Made by a program: the position numbers and the translations under genes | Shown here: in pieces, positions 26,455 through 35,721 of the stretch | Layout of the letters: every line of letters starts with the position of its first letter | How positions within the stretch are numbered: the stretch's first letter is position 1 | Notes under the pieces: model-generated | Databases searched by the model: none | What the model saw: the letters and a program-made list of their open reading frames with translations, nothing else | What the model was told of the DNA's origin: nothing | Sequence record: AP017925.1 | Length of the DNA: 64,000 bases | Strand: one strand, 5' to 3'

Positions 26455-27003
26455 TTAAGAAATTGTGTTTTCGAGCACGCGAATGCGGAGATTCTGATCC
26501 GTCGGAATCTGACCATTTTCTCCACGTGCAGCCGGTAAAGGAGCATTCGGAGTGTAGGGGAAGAAGTAATCCCCCGGTAGCCATGCAAGCGACGTATCGG
26601 TAATCGTTACGGTAATGCCGTTGATCGGCAGAGTGTCGAGCGGAGTGTCTTCTACCTCGGAGGTCACCAGATCCAGGCCGAGGCCGGCGTTGATCTGGGG
26701 CAGGATAGCGTGCACGGTTGTTGGGAAGGTGATGGGATCAAACGGAACCAACTCCCCCGGGGGAAGACGTTTCAATGCATCGAAGCTCAGTCGCTTGTAA
26801 TTGATGGCCAACGGTTCATCCTGGCGCGTCGTCGTGTATGCTTCGGCCTGCACCGTGGTAGAACCTTCAACGGGTGCAGAACCGAGTTCCGGCGCACCAA
26901 AATTGAAATTCACGGCGCTGGGAAGAACCGGCTGTTGCGCACTACGGATCAACTGTGACAGTCGCGCCTGGCTCGTGCCAGCATAGGGCTTGATACGAGA
27001 CAT
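26455..27003 (-). CDS. putative virion structural protein (~182 aa)
   Basis: Start moved to MSRIKPY. Contains INYKRLSF and ends with a motif (RGENGQIPTDQNLRIRVLE) typical of fibre-adjacent proteins. Confidence 0.55.
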   Translation of the reverse strand: MSRIKPYAGTSQARLSQLIRSAQQPVLPSAVNFNFGAPELGSAPVEGSTTVQAEAYTTTRQDEPLAINYKRLSFDALKRLPPGELVPFDPITFPTTVHAILPQINAGLGLDLVTSEVEDTPLDTLPINGITVTITDTSLAWLPGDYFFPYTPNAPLPAARGENGQIPTDQNLRIRVLENTIS

Positions 27004-27107
27004 TATTCGACCTTGTCTAACTGGTTGAAGAAATAAGCGTAGCACGAGATACGTAAATACCTCGCGCCCATAAAATTGGGAAGCTAAAAAAATACAGGAG
27101 AAACGAC

Positions 27108-27143
27108 GGCATAAAGGCCCGGGGAAAACCCGGGCCTGTTATG
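27108..27143. terminator. symmetric terminator after nrdB
   Basis: GGCATAAA-GGCCCGGG-gaaaa-CCCGGGCC-TGTTATG. Confidence 0.8.
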
Positions 27144-27158
27144 TTGCTGCGTTATTGC

Positions 27159-28361
27159 TTAGAAGCCGAGGTCGATATCCCCACCGATGACTTCTTTCGA
27201 CACGTTCTCAGTGGAGACCGTGTTGATAAGGTACTGGTTGTTGTCCTGTTCTTGCGGAGACGACTGTTTCTCGTTGATGTCGATCCAGTCGCGCATGTAG
27301 TTAAGCGGCAGTTGTTGCGGCATTTGCACGCCCAGTTCCATTTCCACTTCAGCCAGCACACCGAAAGTCACACAAACGTGGCGACCGTTGAACAACGACC
27401 AGTCCTTCAGCTTTTGCGGAGTCACACCCGGCAGTTCATCGCCATCGCTGTGCAAATAGTCAACCCAGGACATTTCATTACGCAGCAGTTCGATCAACGC
27501 GCGAATGATGATCGGACGAACAGCCTGGAATGCAGCGCGACCCCATTCGGTAGCCAACAGGTTACGAAGAACTTCTTCGCCATACGGCACATGGTTGTTG
27601 TACTCGTCGCGTGCGATCAACTGGATAGCCGAGCCAATCGGTTCGAACAGGCCCAGTTCGCAGATACCGAAGGTCACCGCGAAGGAGGCCATGAACTGGA
27701 TACGTTCCAGCATGTACACTGCCGCCACCAACAGCACCACGGCTTGTTCCATTTCCTTGGTGCGCTTGCGGGTGAGTTGCCATTCGAGGCAGGCGGCAGA
27801 AGCTTTCGCGAAGATTTCGCCGACCACCGCCATGCGGCCATGCGCTTCCCGCACCGACAGAATCTCGTTCAGTATTGCCGACGGATCTTCGAACGAACCA
27901 CGCACGATCTCGGAGTAGGTCAGGGCATGCAGGTTTTCGTTATCTGCGATACGGACATAGCCGCAACGGATTTCGGTGGCGGTACAGAACGGCACCATCA
28001 CTTCCGCCAGACCACGAGCAGCAACCGAGTCACCCTCCCACTGCCATGCCAGCGTGCGGATCATCATCCGGTAGATCGATGGCGAGCAGGTCTTGAATTC
28101 CGGCATGCAACGCGAGTAATCAAACTCGTTATGCTTCCAGTCCATCGACTTCAGTTCTTCATAGAGACGGAAGATGTCCGGATACGGACGATGGATGGTA
28201 TCGAGCAGGCCGCCGGGTTGGCCCAAGAACAGCTCGGGCTTTTCGTAGTCGGTCTTGTGAAGGTTGAAGATCGCCGGGTTCAGTGTTTCCCCGCGCTGAG
28301 CCAGCGAGAGGTTAATGTAGTCGACGGTTTCAAAGTTATGCGCTTGTACGAGTTCAGTCAT
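27159..28361 (-). CDS. nrdB: ribonucleotide reductase class Ia beta subunit
   Basis: Di-iron ligands in WEGDS, NENLHALTY (E-x2-H-x3-Y radical Tyr), LERIQFMASF and ARDEYNNH. Confidence 0.93.
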   Translation of the reverse strand: MTELVQAHNFETVDYINLSLAQRGETLNPAIFNLHKTDYEKPELFLGQPGGLLDTIHRPYPDIFRLYEELKSMDWKHNEFDYSRCMPEFKTCSPSIYRMMIRTLAWQWEGDSVAARGLAEVMVPFCTATEIRCGYVRIADNENLHALTYSEIVRGSFEDPSAILNEILSVREAHGRMAVVGEIFAKASAACLEWQLTRKRTKEMEQAVVLLVAAVYMLERIQFMASFAVTFGICELGLFEPIGSAIQLIARDEYNNHVPYGEEVLRNLLATEWGRAAFQAVRPIIIRALIELLRNEMSWVDYLHSDGDELPGVTPQKLKDWSLFNGRHVCVTFGVLAEVEMELGVQMPQQLPLNYMRDWIDINEKQSSPQEQDNNQYLINTVSTENVSKEVIGGDIDLGF

Positions 28362-28445
28362 TTTTGTTCACTAACGAGAGATGGAAAGAGGGGTGGATTC
28401 ATTCAATACCAATGCCCGGTATTTTCTCATCTAAAGGAATTGGGA

Positions 28446-28478
28446 GCATAAACAGAGAGGAGGAAACCTCCTCTCTGC
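28446..28478 (-). terminator. intrinsic terminator between nrdA and nrdB
   Basis: GCATAAA-CAGAGAGGAGG-aaa-CCTCCTCTCTG. Confidence 0.75.
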
Positions 28479-28498
28479 CTACACTTCTGTCTTACTGC

Positions 28499-31159
28499 TT
28501 ACAGCTTGCAGGCGCCACCGCCACAAGCGTCTTCCTGCTCAGACTCGACGTACTCGACAGACGGCATCGTGTACAGCTTGATCCAGCTTTCACTGTTCCA
28601 AACGTACCAGGACTCACCGATCAAGTAGCTGTCACCGAAACGATCGCTTCCCTTCGGCAACATGCCTTCCTCTTTCACAGTGCCGCAGCAATGTACCAGG
28701 AACGTATCACCGAACAGTTCACGAGCTTTCACGAAGATCTCGTATGCTTCATCGCCCTCAGTACGGACGTAACCGCCGCTCTCATCCGTGCCGATAGCGG
28801 TCGGAATATTGAGAGCCGCAGTTTGCAGTCGACTGATCACCGCTTTAGTCTCGGTGTTCGCTTCGGCTTCCGTTGCAACGGCAGCTTCTGCTGCACCAGG
28901 AATGCTGGCCACCAGCGACACGGTCGCTTCCATCGACTTGACCTTCGGACGGAGTGAGTTGGTGTAATAACGACTCTTCATGCCCGATGCGATCATGTAA
29001 AGGAAACGTTCCACCACTTCCTTTTCCGTCACGGTCGTTTCGCCGGGAGCGAACTTCCGGTACTCGTCAGCCGAAATACCTTGGTCAGTCCATTTCTGGC
29101 CGAGCGCGTAGAGGTCGATCAGATCCTTGTAGTGCAGATCCCAGACGGACTGGTAGGCGTCACCCAGCAGGTCACCATCCACAGCGGCCCAACGCAGGAT
29201 GTTGTTTTCCCCGTCAGTCTTGGTGATCACCACCGAACGGATCGGATAGATCGAGTTGGTGGAGCCAAGAGCCTTCGACGACGATTCACCCGGCATCATG
29301 GCCGACAACACGCTGTGAGCGATACCACCGTTCGCGATCAGCTCTTGCGACAGAGCATCCCAGTCATAGACGTTCTCGAACTTGCCGATCTTGTCCACAT
29401 TACGGTTGTAAGTCTGCAGCGGAGTCCAACCTTCCGGCCACTTGGTCTTGTGAATCCACGGAGCCAGACCACGTTCCTTCGAGATCTTGATCGAAGCCTT
29501 GATCAGGAAGTACATGTGACGTTCGAAGATGCGGTGGATCTCAGCCTTGCCTTCCAGCGTATCGTAGCGCAGACCCTTACGAGCCATCCAGGTAGCCAGA
29601 CCCATGATGCCCACGCCGGCATTCATGCGCTTGTGCGCGGTGAACTTGAGGTGCGGGAACGGGTACTCGCCGTTGAGGATCGTGTAGTCGATCATCTTCA
29701 GCGCGTAGTAGCAGGCGTCGAGGTACTCGTCGTCATCTTCACCGATGTTCTCGATCGGAATCGCAGCCAGGTTACACATCGCGATTTCGCCGCGACCGTG
29801 ATCTTCCTCGGTGTACAGATCGCGCATGTCGAAGTACGGTGCCTGGATTTCAGCGATTTCCTGGCACAGGTTCATCGAGTGGATGCGGTGATCCGGCGAG
29901 ATCTTGAACGGCGTATGACGGTTGATCTCGTGGATGTTCTGCACGTAGGCCGTGCCGGTATCGAACGCTTCAGCGTACGAGTGCAGCACCAGCTTACGCG
30001 CATTTACGTACTTCTTCGGGAACAGCGGGTTGTCTTCGTACTGCTTGTACAGTTCGACGAAACGCTTGATGTCCGGCGAGAAGAATGCATCGAACAGATC
30101 CGGTGCCGAAAACTCCGTGAAGGTGAAGATGTCTTCGCCTTTCTGGACTTTGGCAGCGAACCACGGGTTTACCAGCATCGAGAAGTGCAGGTCACGCAGC
30201 TGCTTGTCTTCCGGCTGCATCGGGTTGCGATACTGCACGATGTCGATCGCTTCCGGGTCGAAACCACTGAAGCTGGTCGTACCAGCGCCAGCGCGGGCCG
30301 CTTGCTTGTTCGCGATGGTCGCTGCCGCGTTGGCCTTCAGGTAGCGATACTTACCACCGTGCATCACACGACCGCCAGCAATCGGATCACCCACGGTACG
30401 AGTCGAGATGAACGAGCCCAGACCAGCCGAGTTCACGGTCATCATGTACGCAATGTGGTCACCGATGGCCAGCGAGTTGGCATCGTCAGCCGCCGTGAAG
30501 ATGCAGCACGATGCCCAGCCGTTGTGCGGCGTGCCCAGGTACAGGTAGTTCGGAGTCGGCGCCGACAGCTTCTTGCCGGAGAACTTGTCGTAGAACTTGC
30601 GCAACACCTGCATACGGACGGATGGGTCTTCATTTTCCGCCAGCGTCATTGCCATGCGCATATACAGGTGCTGCGGCGTCTCGAAGACCTCGCCAGTCAC
30701 GTGGTTGCGGATCGCGTACTTGTCACGGATCTGCTTGAGTGCAAATTCCGGATAGAAGAAATCCTTGTTGTGATCGATGAGGGATTCGATCTCGGCGTAT
30801 TCCTCTTTGGAATACTGGAGCGGACGCATCAGCGTCAGCCCTTCCAGCTTTTTGTGCTGGTCAAACACCGACGGCGGGTTAATACTGCCGTAAATGTCCT
30901 TGCGATACACAGTCGCAAACAGGCGCCCGGCCATCAGGTAGGCCGGCCAGGTCCGAATTGCCAACAGTTCTTCGATCAGGACGAGCATCAGCTCGCGAGT
31001 GGTGGCCTTTTCAGGCAGTTTTGCAACAGCAGCGAGAGCAGCTTGAGACCAGTCCACACGACCTTGGAGGTGATTGGCGGCCCATTCTCCCCAGCCATTG
31101 AGTTTTGCAGGGATCAGGGGCTCTTCGGAGCCATTCCGTTTGATGAGAGTTTGCAACAT
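28499..31159 (-). CDS. nrdA: ribonucleotide reductase class Ia alpha subunit with a C-terminal insertion
   Basis: ATP-cone-like start (LIKRNG), LSAPTP, WASCC, MNLCQEI (N-C-E), MCNLAA, AMMPGESSS, SRYY and terminal CGGGACKL. Confidence 0.95.
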   Translation of the reverse strand: MLQTLIKRNGSEEPLIPAKLNGWGEWAANHLQGRVDWSQAALAAVAKLPEKATTRELMLVLIEELLAIRTWPAYLMAGRLFATVYRKDIYGSINPPSVFDQHKKLEGLTLMRPLQYSKEEYAEIESLIDHNKDFFYPEFALKQIRDKYAIRNHVTGEVFETPQHLYMRMAMTLAENEDPSVRMQVLRKFYDKFSGKKLSAPTPNYLYLGTPHNGWASCCIFTAADDANSLAIGDHIAYMMTVNSAGLGSFISTRTVGDPIAGGRVMHGGKYRYLKANAAATIANKQAARAGAGTTSFSGFDPEAIDIVQYRNPMQPEDKQLRDLHFSMLVNPWFAAKVQKGEDIFTFTEFSAPDLFDAFFSPDIKRFVELYKQYEDNPLFPKKYVNARKLVLHSYAEAFDTGTAYVQNIHEINRHTPFKISPDHRIHSMNLCQEIAEIQAPYFDMRDLYTEEDHGRGEIAMCNLAAIPIENIGEDDDEYLDACYYALKMIDYTILNGEYPFPHLKFTAHKRMNAGVGIMGLATWMARKGLRYDTLEGKAEIHRIFERHMYFLIKASIKISKERGLAPWIHKTKWPEGWTPLQTYNRNVDKIGKFENVYDWDALSQELIANGGIAHSVLSAMMPGESSSKALGSTNSIYPIRSVVITKTDGENNILRWAAVDGDLLGDAYQSVWDLHYKDLIDLYALGQKWTDQGISADEYRKFAPGETTVTEKEVVERFLYMIASGMKSRYYTNSLRPKVKSMEATVSLVASIPGAAEAAVATEAEANTETKAVISRLQTAALNIPTAIGTDESGGYVRTEGDEAYEIFVKARELFGDTFLVHCCGTVKEEGMLPKGSDRFGDSYLIGESWYVWNSESWIKLYTMPSVEYVESEQEDACGGGACKL

Positions 31160-31405
31160 GTTTGTTGGTCTTTAGAGAGAAAGTTGGCAAAAGTAGCTAC
31201 GTAGAACGGAATGATGGTTCATTCAACATAGCATCCGATGGACGTGTTAAAAATTCACGAGCGAAATACAGTCCCCGTCCGACACGAGCATGCTATTTGG
31301 GGTAGCGCTCGTGTCTTTGAGAGTGGCTGTAACACCTCCTCTCTAGGGCAGGCATAACATTGGAGTAACCCTCTAAGCCTCTCGAAACCAAAAAATAAAT
31401 AGCGA

Positions 31406-31441
31406 GCATAAACTCCCGTAGACCACGAGGGTCTACGGGAG
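31406..31441 (-). terminator. intrinsic terminator
   Basis: GCATAAA-CTCCCGTAGACC-acga-GGGTCTACGGGAG. Confidence 0.8.
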
Positions 31442-31448
31442 CGATGCA

Positions 31449-31904
31449 TCAGGAGAGTGCGATAACGGACTCAGGAACCACTGCGTCGGCTGACAATTCC
31501 AGCACCAGAGGTTCGAATTGCAGCGATTCCGAGCGCTTGGCCTTGTGCTTTTCGATGACTTGGCCCGGAATGATCTTCATCACAGACGGAATCACCGAAA
31601 TAGTCCGCTTCTCAGCGTCAACTCGGTAGTTGTACATGACGTAATGGATGTCATCCCACGACAAAGCCGTTGTATCGCAAGTGGCTGCCTCGGGAATCTC
31701 ACCGGTGAGTTCGATATTGCAGATGTCACCATAGAGAGCGCCAGCCGTAGCAGCAGCGTGCACTGCCTGTTGCTCGGTGACACCGCAACACTGTTGCAAT
31801 ACAGCTGCAGTGTTCTTGCACCATTCCAGCAACTGTTGGAGACGCGGTTCATTACGCTTCATCACTTCAGCAGCCAGTTGTTCCAGAAAAGTCACTTCAT
31901 TCAT
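31449..31904 (-). CDS. hypothetical protein (151 aa)
   Basis: ATGA-coupled to the upstream gene. Confidence 0.7.
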   Translation of the reverse strand: MNEVTFLEQLAAEVMKRNEPRLQQLLEWCKNTAAVLQQCCGVTEQQAVHAAATAGALYGDICNIELTGEIPEAATCDTTALSWDDIHYVMYNYRVDAEKRTISVIPSVMKIIPGQVIEKHKAKRSESLQFEPLVLELSADAVVPESVIALS

Positions 31905-32482
31905 CTAAATTTCCCCGATTGACAGTCTTCACTCTCCAGATAGTAGAATATCTGGGATGGATTCATCATTCTAAAATACACGTTACCAAAATCATCGATG
32001 TGGTCGAGCCGATAGATGCAGCCATAGTCTTGGATAGCTGGAGCACCAGTGCGCGACAGAACTCCGATTATCGAATTCAAGAAAGTCTGCAGTGCGGTAG
32101 TTAGCATCGCCATCGAGTCTTGCAGCGCTGTTTCTGCTGTCACGGCACAGCCGAGATTACGGATGAGTCCCACACGAGCCTCTTCAATGATCGCTTCGTT
32201 AAGGAACTCATCCGTAATGGCCACCACACTATCCCAGTCGCAGTAGTAGAAGCAGGCGAGATCAATCGCCTCTTCAATCTCGACTTCGAACTGCTGAGGC
32301 ATCGACGTGAGGAACGTGTCCATTTCTCCGAGCATGTTGATCGAGAACAGCTGTGGATAAGACAGTTGTATCAGCGGCCAGCGTAGCTCGTACTCGTCGT
32401 CACTATAGACAGGTATCTCAGACAGGAGAAGATTGTCGACACCCTGCATGAAGTAACGATCGTCTCCGATAGGTACGTTCAT
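31901..32482 (-). CDS. acidic hypothetical protein (~193 aa)
   Basis: Start at the TAATG overlap (MNVPIG). Confidence 0.7.
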   Translation of the reverse strand: MNVPIGDDRYFMQGVDNLLLSEIPVYSDDEYELRWPLIQLSYPQLFSINMLGEMDTFLTSMPQQFEVEIEEAIDLACFYYCDWDSVVAITDEFLNEAIIEEARVGLIRNLGCAVTAETALQDSMAMLTTALQTFLNSIIGVLSRTGAPAIQDYGCIYRLDHIDDFGNVYFRMMNPSQIFYYLESEDCQSGKFR

Positions 32483-33132
32483 TATTCCCCCACGTATGCA
32501 ATCACGAACTCCTCCCAAGTCCGCAATCTCAATACCAGCAAACCTTTCTCGAATTTCTCAGCCGTGTAGACCGATTCCGTCTCGACGAGTGGGAAGCGCG
32601 CATTGACCAGATAGTTCTGGACCATTGTTGCGACTTCGTACATAGTGCCAACAGCATCGTTGAAAGGCTCGCCCATTAAGCAGGCAGCTTCATCTTCCGC
32701 ACCGAGCCTCGCTTGGATTTCAGATGAGATCTCTTCCTCGAAAGAATTCCACAGCACGTCGCCAATGTTAGAGTCTTCACCGAGGAAATCGCAAGCCACG
32801 TCTGCAACCGTCTTGACGTCGATCACGCTGTAGCCCGGATTATCGCCGACACGCAGGAACTGTAGAATGTCGTGCATGTCGATGAATACGTAGAGTGAGA
32901 GTCCCTCCGTATATTGCAGGTAGTCTTCTTTCCCATCGAAGGAATCGAATGGCCGACGAACCAGACTGGCGTATTCTCCGGGAGTGATGGGCTTCCGGAA
33001 GAACTTGTCATTGGAGCCGTACAACTCGATCCCCCGCTCTTTGTTTTCCGGCGAATCCGGATCAAAGTCGCCTATATTCCTCATAACTGGTTCTATCGCC
33101 TCCTCGAAATCCCATTCGTTGTTGAGCCGCAT
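32482..33132 (-). CDS. acidic hypothetical protein (216 aa)
   Basis: Coupled operon member. Confidence 0.75.
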   Translation of the reverse strand: MRLNNEWDFEEAIEPVMRNIGDFDPDSPENKERGIELYGSNDKFFRKPITPGEYASLVRRPFDSFDGKEDYLQYTEGLSLYVFIDMHDILQFLRVGDNPGYSVIDVKTVADVACDFLGEDSNIGDVLWNSFEEEISSEIQARLGAEDEAACLMGEPFNDAVGTMYEVATMVQNYLVNARFPLVETESVYTAEKFEKGLLVLRLRTWEEFVIAYVGE

Positions 33133-33140
33133 TCTTGCCG

Positions 33141-33587
33141 CTAAAGCCTCTTTAATACGTATTCGACCAACTGCATGTTGTCAAGTTTTTCGAATACCAT
33201 CAGTTTTTGGTTAGTTCTTGCGATTTTGTAAGGGAACAAATTCCGGAAATCATTCGTTACCCTCGCCAGTAGTTCATCGTACTTGGCCAAGAAGGCCGCA
33301 TCCAGCACTTCGTCAACCATAGCGGACATACCGGCGCTATGAGACGTCACTATCTGGCGCCGACGCCAGTCGTTTGCATTGGTGAGCTGCAAAGCATCTT
33401 GCAGATCGATGATTCGTTCTGACCAGATATCAGCAGGCACCATTACATACGCTTGCTGCATTACCTTGTGATTCTGCGTGACGAGATGCTTCGGATACGG
33501 TTTGACGGTATCGAAGTAATACTTCATCGTCACGTGATCCGTCAGCCCTAGTCCCAGCTGTCGAATCTCATTAGAGAGCTGATTCAT
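33141..33587 (-). CDS. hypothetical protein (~148 aa)
   Basis: Start moved to MNQLSN (RBS GAGGAT). Confidence 0.65.
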   Translation of the reverse strand: MNQLSNEIRQLGLGLTDHVTMKYYFDTVKPYPKHLVTQNHKVMQQAYVMVPADIWSERIIDLQDALQLTNANDWRRRQIVTSHSAGMSAMVDEVLDAAFLAKYDELLARVTNDFRNLFPYKIARTNQKLMVFEKLDNMQLVEYVLKRL

Positions 33588-33759
33588 AGTTCTGATCCTC
33601 GTAAGAAAGTCATCTATCAAATTCGTGCTCAGGGTAAAAAGCGCCGCGGCAGCATAAGAGCCAGCCCGAGAGCTGGCCAAATGAAAAAGACCTCGGGAGA
33701 GCGGGGCTTCAACCCTCCCGAGGCAAACTTCCTCCTATCTCGACAGGAAGAGGAAGACT

Positions 33760-35721
33760 TTAAGGCTCTCCAGTAATGAAGAGGCTGAGGAACACGCGGT
33801 AATCTATAATTTCGATACCGAGCAAGTTGGCTTTGCGGGCATTGCTGCCAGGGCGTTCACCGACCACAACGTAATCGGTTTTAGCACTGACACTACCGGA
33901 CACGAGACCACCAGCTGCCAATACCTTGTTTTCCATGGTATCCCGCGATTCCGGGAACTTACCAGTGAAGACAAAAGTCTTGCCAGCCACACCTTCGATG
34001 GTTTGGATCTCTCCCATTTCAGGAATATGCAGTCGTGCATGGAGATCCATTGCATCCTGCTTCTTCTGCGGGTTCGAGAAGTAGGCAGCGATGTTAGCGG
34101 CCGTACTTGGTCCGACATCTGGTACTTTCAATTCGAGCACCTTGTCTGGCGTGTCGAGTTCGAAGAGTGCCTGGTGCTTAAGAATCCGCTGAGCGAGCTT
34201 TCGCGCAGTTGACTTCCCAACCTCTAGGATGCCCAAGGACATGATGAAGCGATCCATAGTGGTGTCTCGCGAATTCCAGATGGCTCGGTGCAGCTTGGCA
34301 GCCGAATACTCGGTATAACCCTCCAGTTTGGCGATTTCTGCGACTTCTAGCTTATAGAGGTCAGCTGCACATTTCACGATCCCGGCTTTGAGCATGAGAT
34401 CGATCGTCTGCTCAGCCAAACCATCTACGTCCAGTACATCACGCGACACGGCATACGCAATGCTAGCCACTGCCTGTGCTTCGCAGTGCGGGTTCTCGCA
34501 GTAGTAAGCTGCACCGCGCTTCACGATCGGAGTCTGGCAACACGGGCAGTTGGTCGGGAACACTACGGGCCGGGCATCCGGCACAGCCTTGATGAGTTTG
34601 CCAAAGTGAGGAATTACGTCACCCGAGCGATACACCTCGTAGCTATTACCAATCGCGATCTGACGCTCGCGCATGCGGTCTTCGTTGTGCAGTGATACCG
34701 ATGTTACCACCACCCCCATAAGCGGCGTCGCTGTGATCTTCGCAACCGGCGCAATTTCACCAGTACGACCCACCTGGAACACCACATCAACAACCGTACA
34801 TTCACCTTTCGTCGGCGGGAACTTATAGGCGAAGGCCCAACGCGGAGAATGAGACGTTTCACCCAACTCAGCCTGCTTGGCGGTATCATTAATCTTGAAG
34901 ACCATTCCGTCAATGTCAAACGGAATGTCTCCTCGCTCACGGATTTCCGTAATCGAGTCGAATACCTCCTGAATAGAGATGGGCGAAAGGAGGAAACAGC
35001 TAAGCATCGAGAACCCAAGATTCTTGAGCGTTTCGAGCTTGTCGGTGTACGCATTGAAGACAAAGTCAGCTCCTTCGATATCGTAAGGAACAAACGAGAT
35101 GCCGTGCGTAAAGTTGTTGGGCTGGTCGCGGTTGAGCATACCAGCTACCGCATTGCGGCAGTTGGCGTACTTATCCGGACCTGTGTTCATGAACTCCAGC
35201 CAGGCCTTCTTGATCAGCGCTTCCCCACGAACTTCCACCATACCCTTGGCGTCAATTCTATCACGCACAAACTGCGCGGCGTGTTTGGTTACGTCCTCGC
35301 CGTACTCGCCGTCGCCACGTGTCAGTGCACGGGAGAAGATGCCATCGATGTACAGCAGAGATAGCGCCATGCCGTCGTACTTGAATTCGCCGACGACCTT
35401 TACTTCTGGATCGAACTTCGTTGACCAAAGGTTGATCCAACTTTGCAGCTCGTCCTCGTCGAGCGCATTCTCCAGAGAGAGCATCGGGAATTCGTGACGC
35501 AGATGCTCGTTCTTGTTGCTGGCCTTGATAGCACCCACCTTGAACGTCGGAGAGAGTTCCAGCGTTTTGTCCGGATGCTTGGTTTCCCACGCGATCAGTT
35601 CCTTGCGAAGCTTATCGTATTCGTGGTCGGGAATGAGTTCAGTGCCGTCGATGTGGTAAGCACGATGGTATTCCGCCATCTTGCTCGCGAGACTGACGTA
35701 AGACAAGTAATCGTTTATCAT
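33760..35721 (-). CDS. ligA: NAD-dependent DNA ligase
   Basis: YDKL, HEFPMLSLEN, KYDG, TRGDG, EVRGE, RNAVAG, DGMVFK, AYKF, QVGRTG, Zn finger CPCC...C-x4-C, HhH region and BRCT (GKTFVFTG). Confidence 0.97.
   Translation of the reverse strand: MINDYLSYVSLASKMAEYHRAYHIDGTELIPDHEYDKLRKELIAWETKHPDKTLELSPTFKVGAIKASNKNEHLRHEFPMLSLENALDEDELQSWINLWSTKFDPEVKVVGEFKYDGMALSLLYIDGIFSRALTRGDGEYGEDVTKHAAQFVRDRIDAKGMVEVRGEALIKKAWLEFMNTGPDKYANCRNAVAGMLNRDQPNNFTHGISFVPYDIEGADFVFNAYTDKLETLKNLGFSMLSCFLLSPISIQEVFDSITEIRERGDIPFDIDGMVFKINDTAKQAELGETSHSPRWAFAYKFPPTKGECTVVDVVFQVGRTGEIAPVAKITATPLMGVVVTSVSLHNEDRMRERQIAIGNSYEVYRSGDVIPHFGKLIKAVPDARPVVFPTNCPCCQTPIVKRGAAYYCENPHCEAQAVASIAYAVSRDVLDVDGLAEQTIDLMLKAGIVKCAADLYKLEVAEIAKLEGYTEYSAAKLHRAIWNSRDTTMDRFIMSLGILEVGKSTARKLAQRILKHQALFELDTPDKVLELKVPDVGPSTAANIAAYFSNPQKKQDAMDLHARLHIPEMGEIQTIEGVAGKTFVFTGKFPESRDTMENKVLAAGGLVSGSVSAKTDYVVVGERPGSNARKANLLGIEIIDYRVFLSLFITGEP

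Noticed and set aside
28499-31159. Intein or homing-endonuclease intron in nrdA or nrdB
   Set aside because: The frame is continuous, there are no intein C/S...HN junctions or LAGLIDADG/HNH motifs, and the core length up to the YY motif is ordinary. The only insertion is the C-terminal fibre-like module.
29081-31204. 707-aa plus-strand ORF, and similar long plus-strand ORFs at 16683..18212, 23223..24365, 24942..26603, 27141..28451, 37266..39404, 42915..43787, 54756..55715, 55968..56996 and 58372..59463
   Set aside because: Each is antisense to a motif-supported or codon-biased minus-strand gene. High-GC3 codon usage suppresses stops on the opposite strand, and none has an RBS or recognisable motifs.
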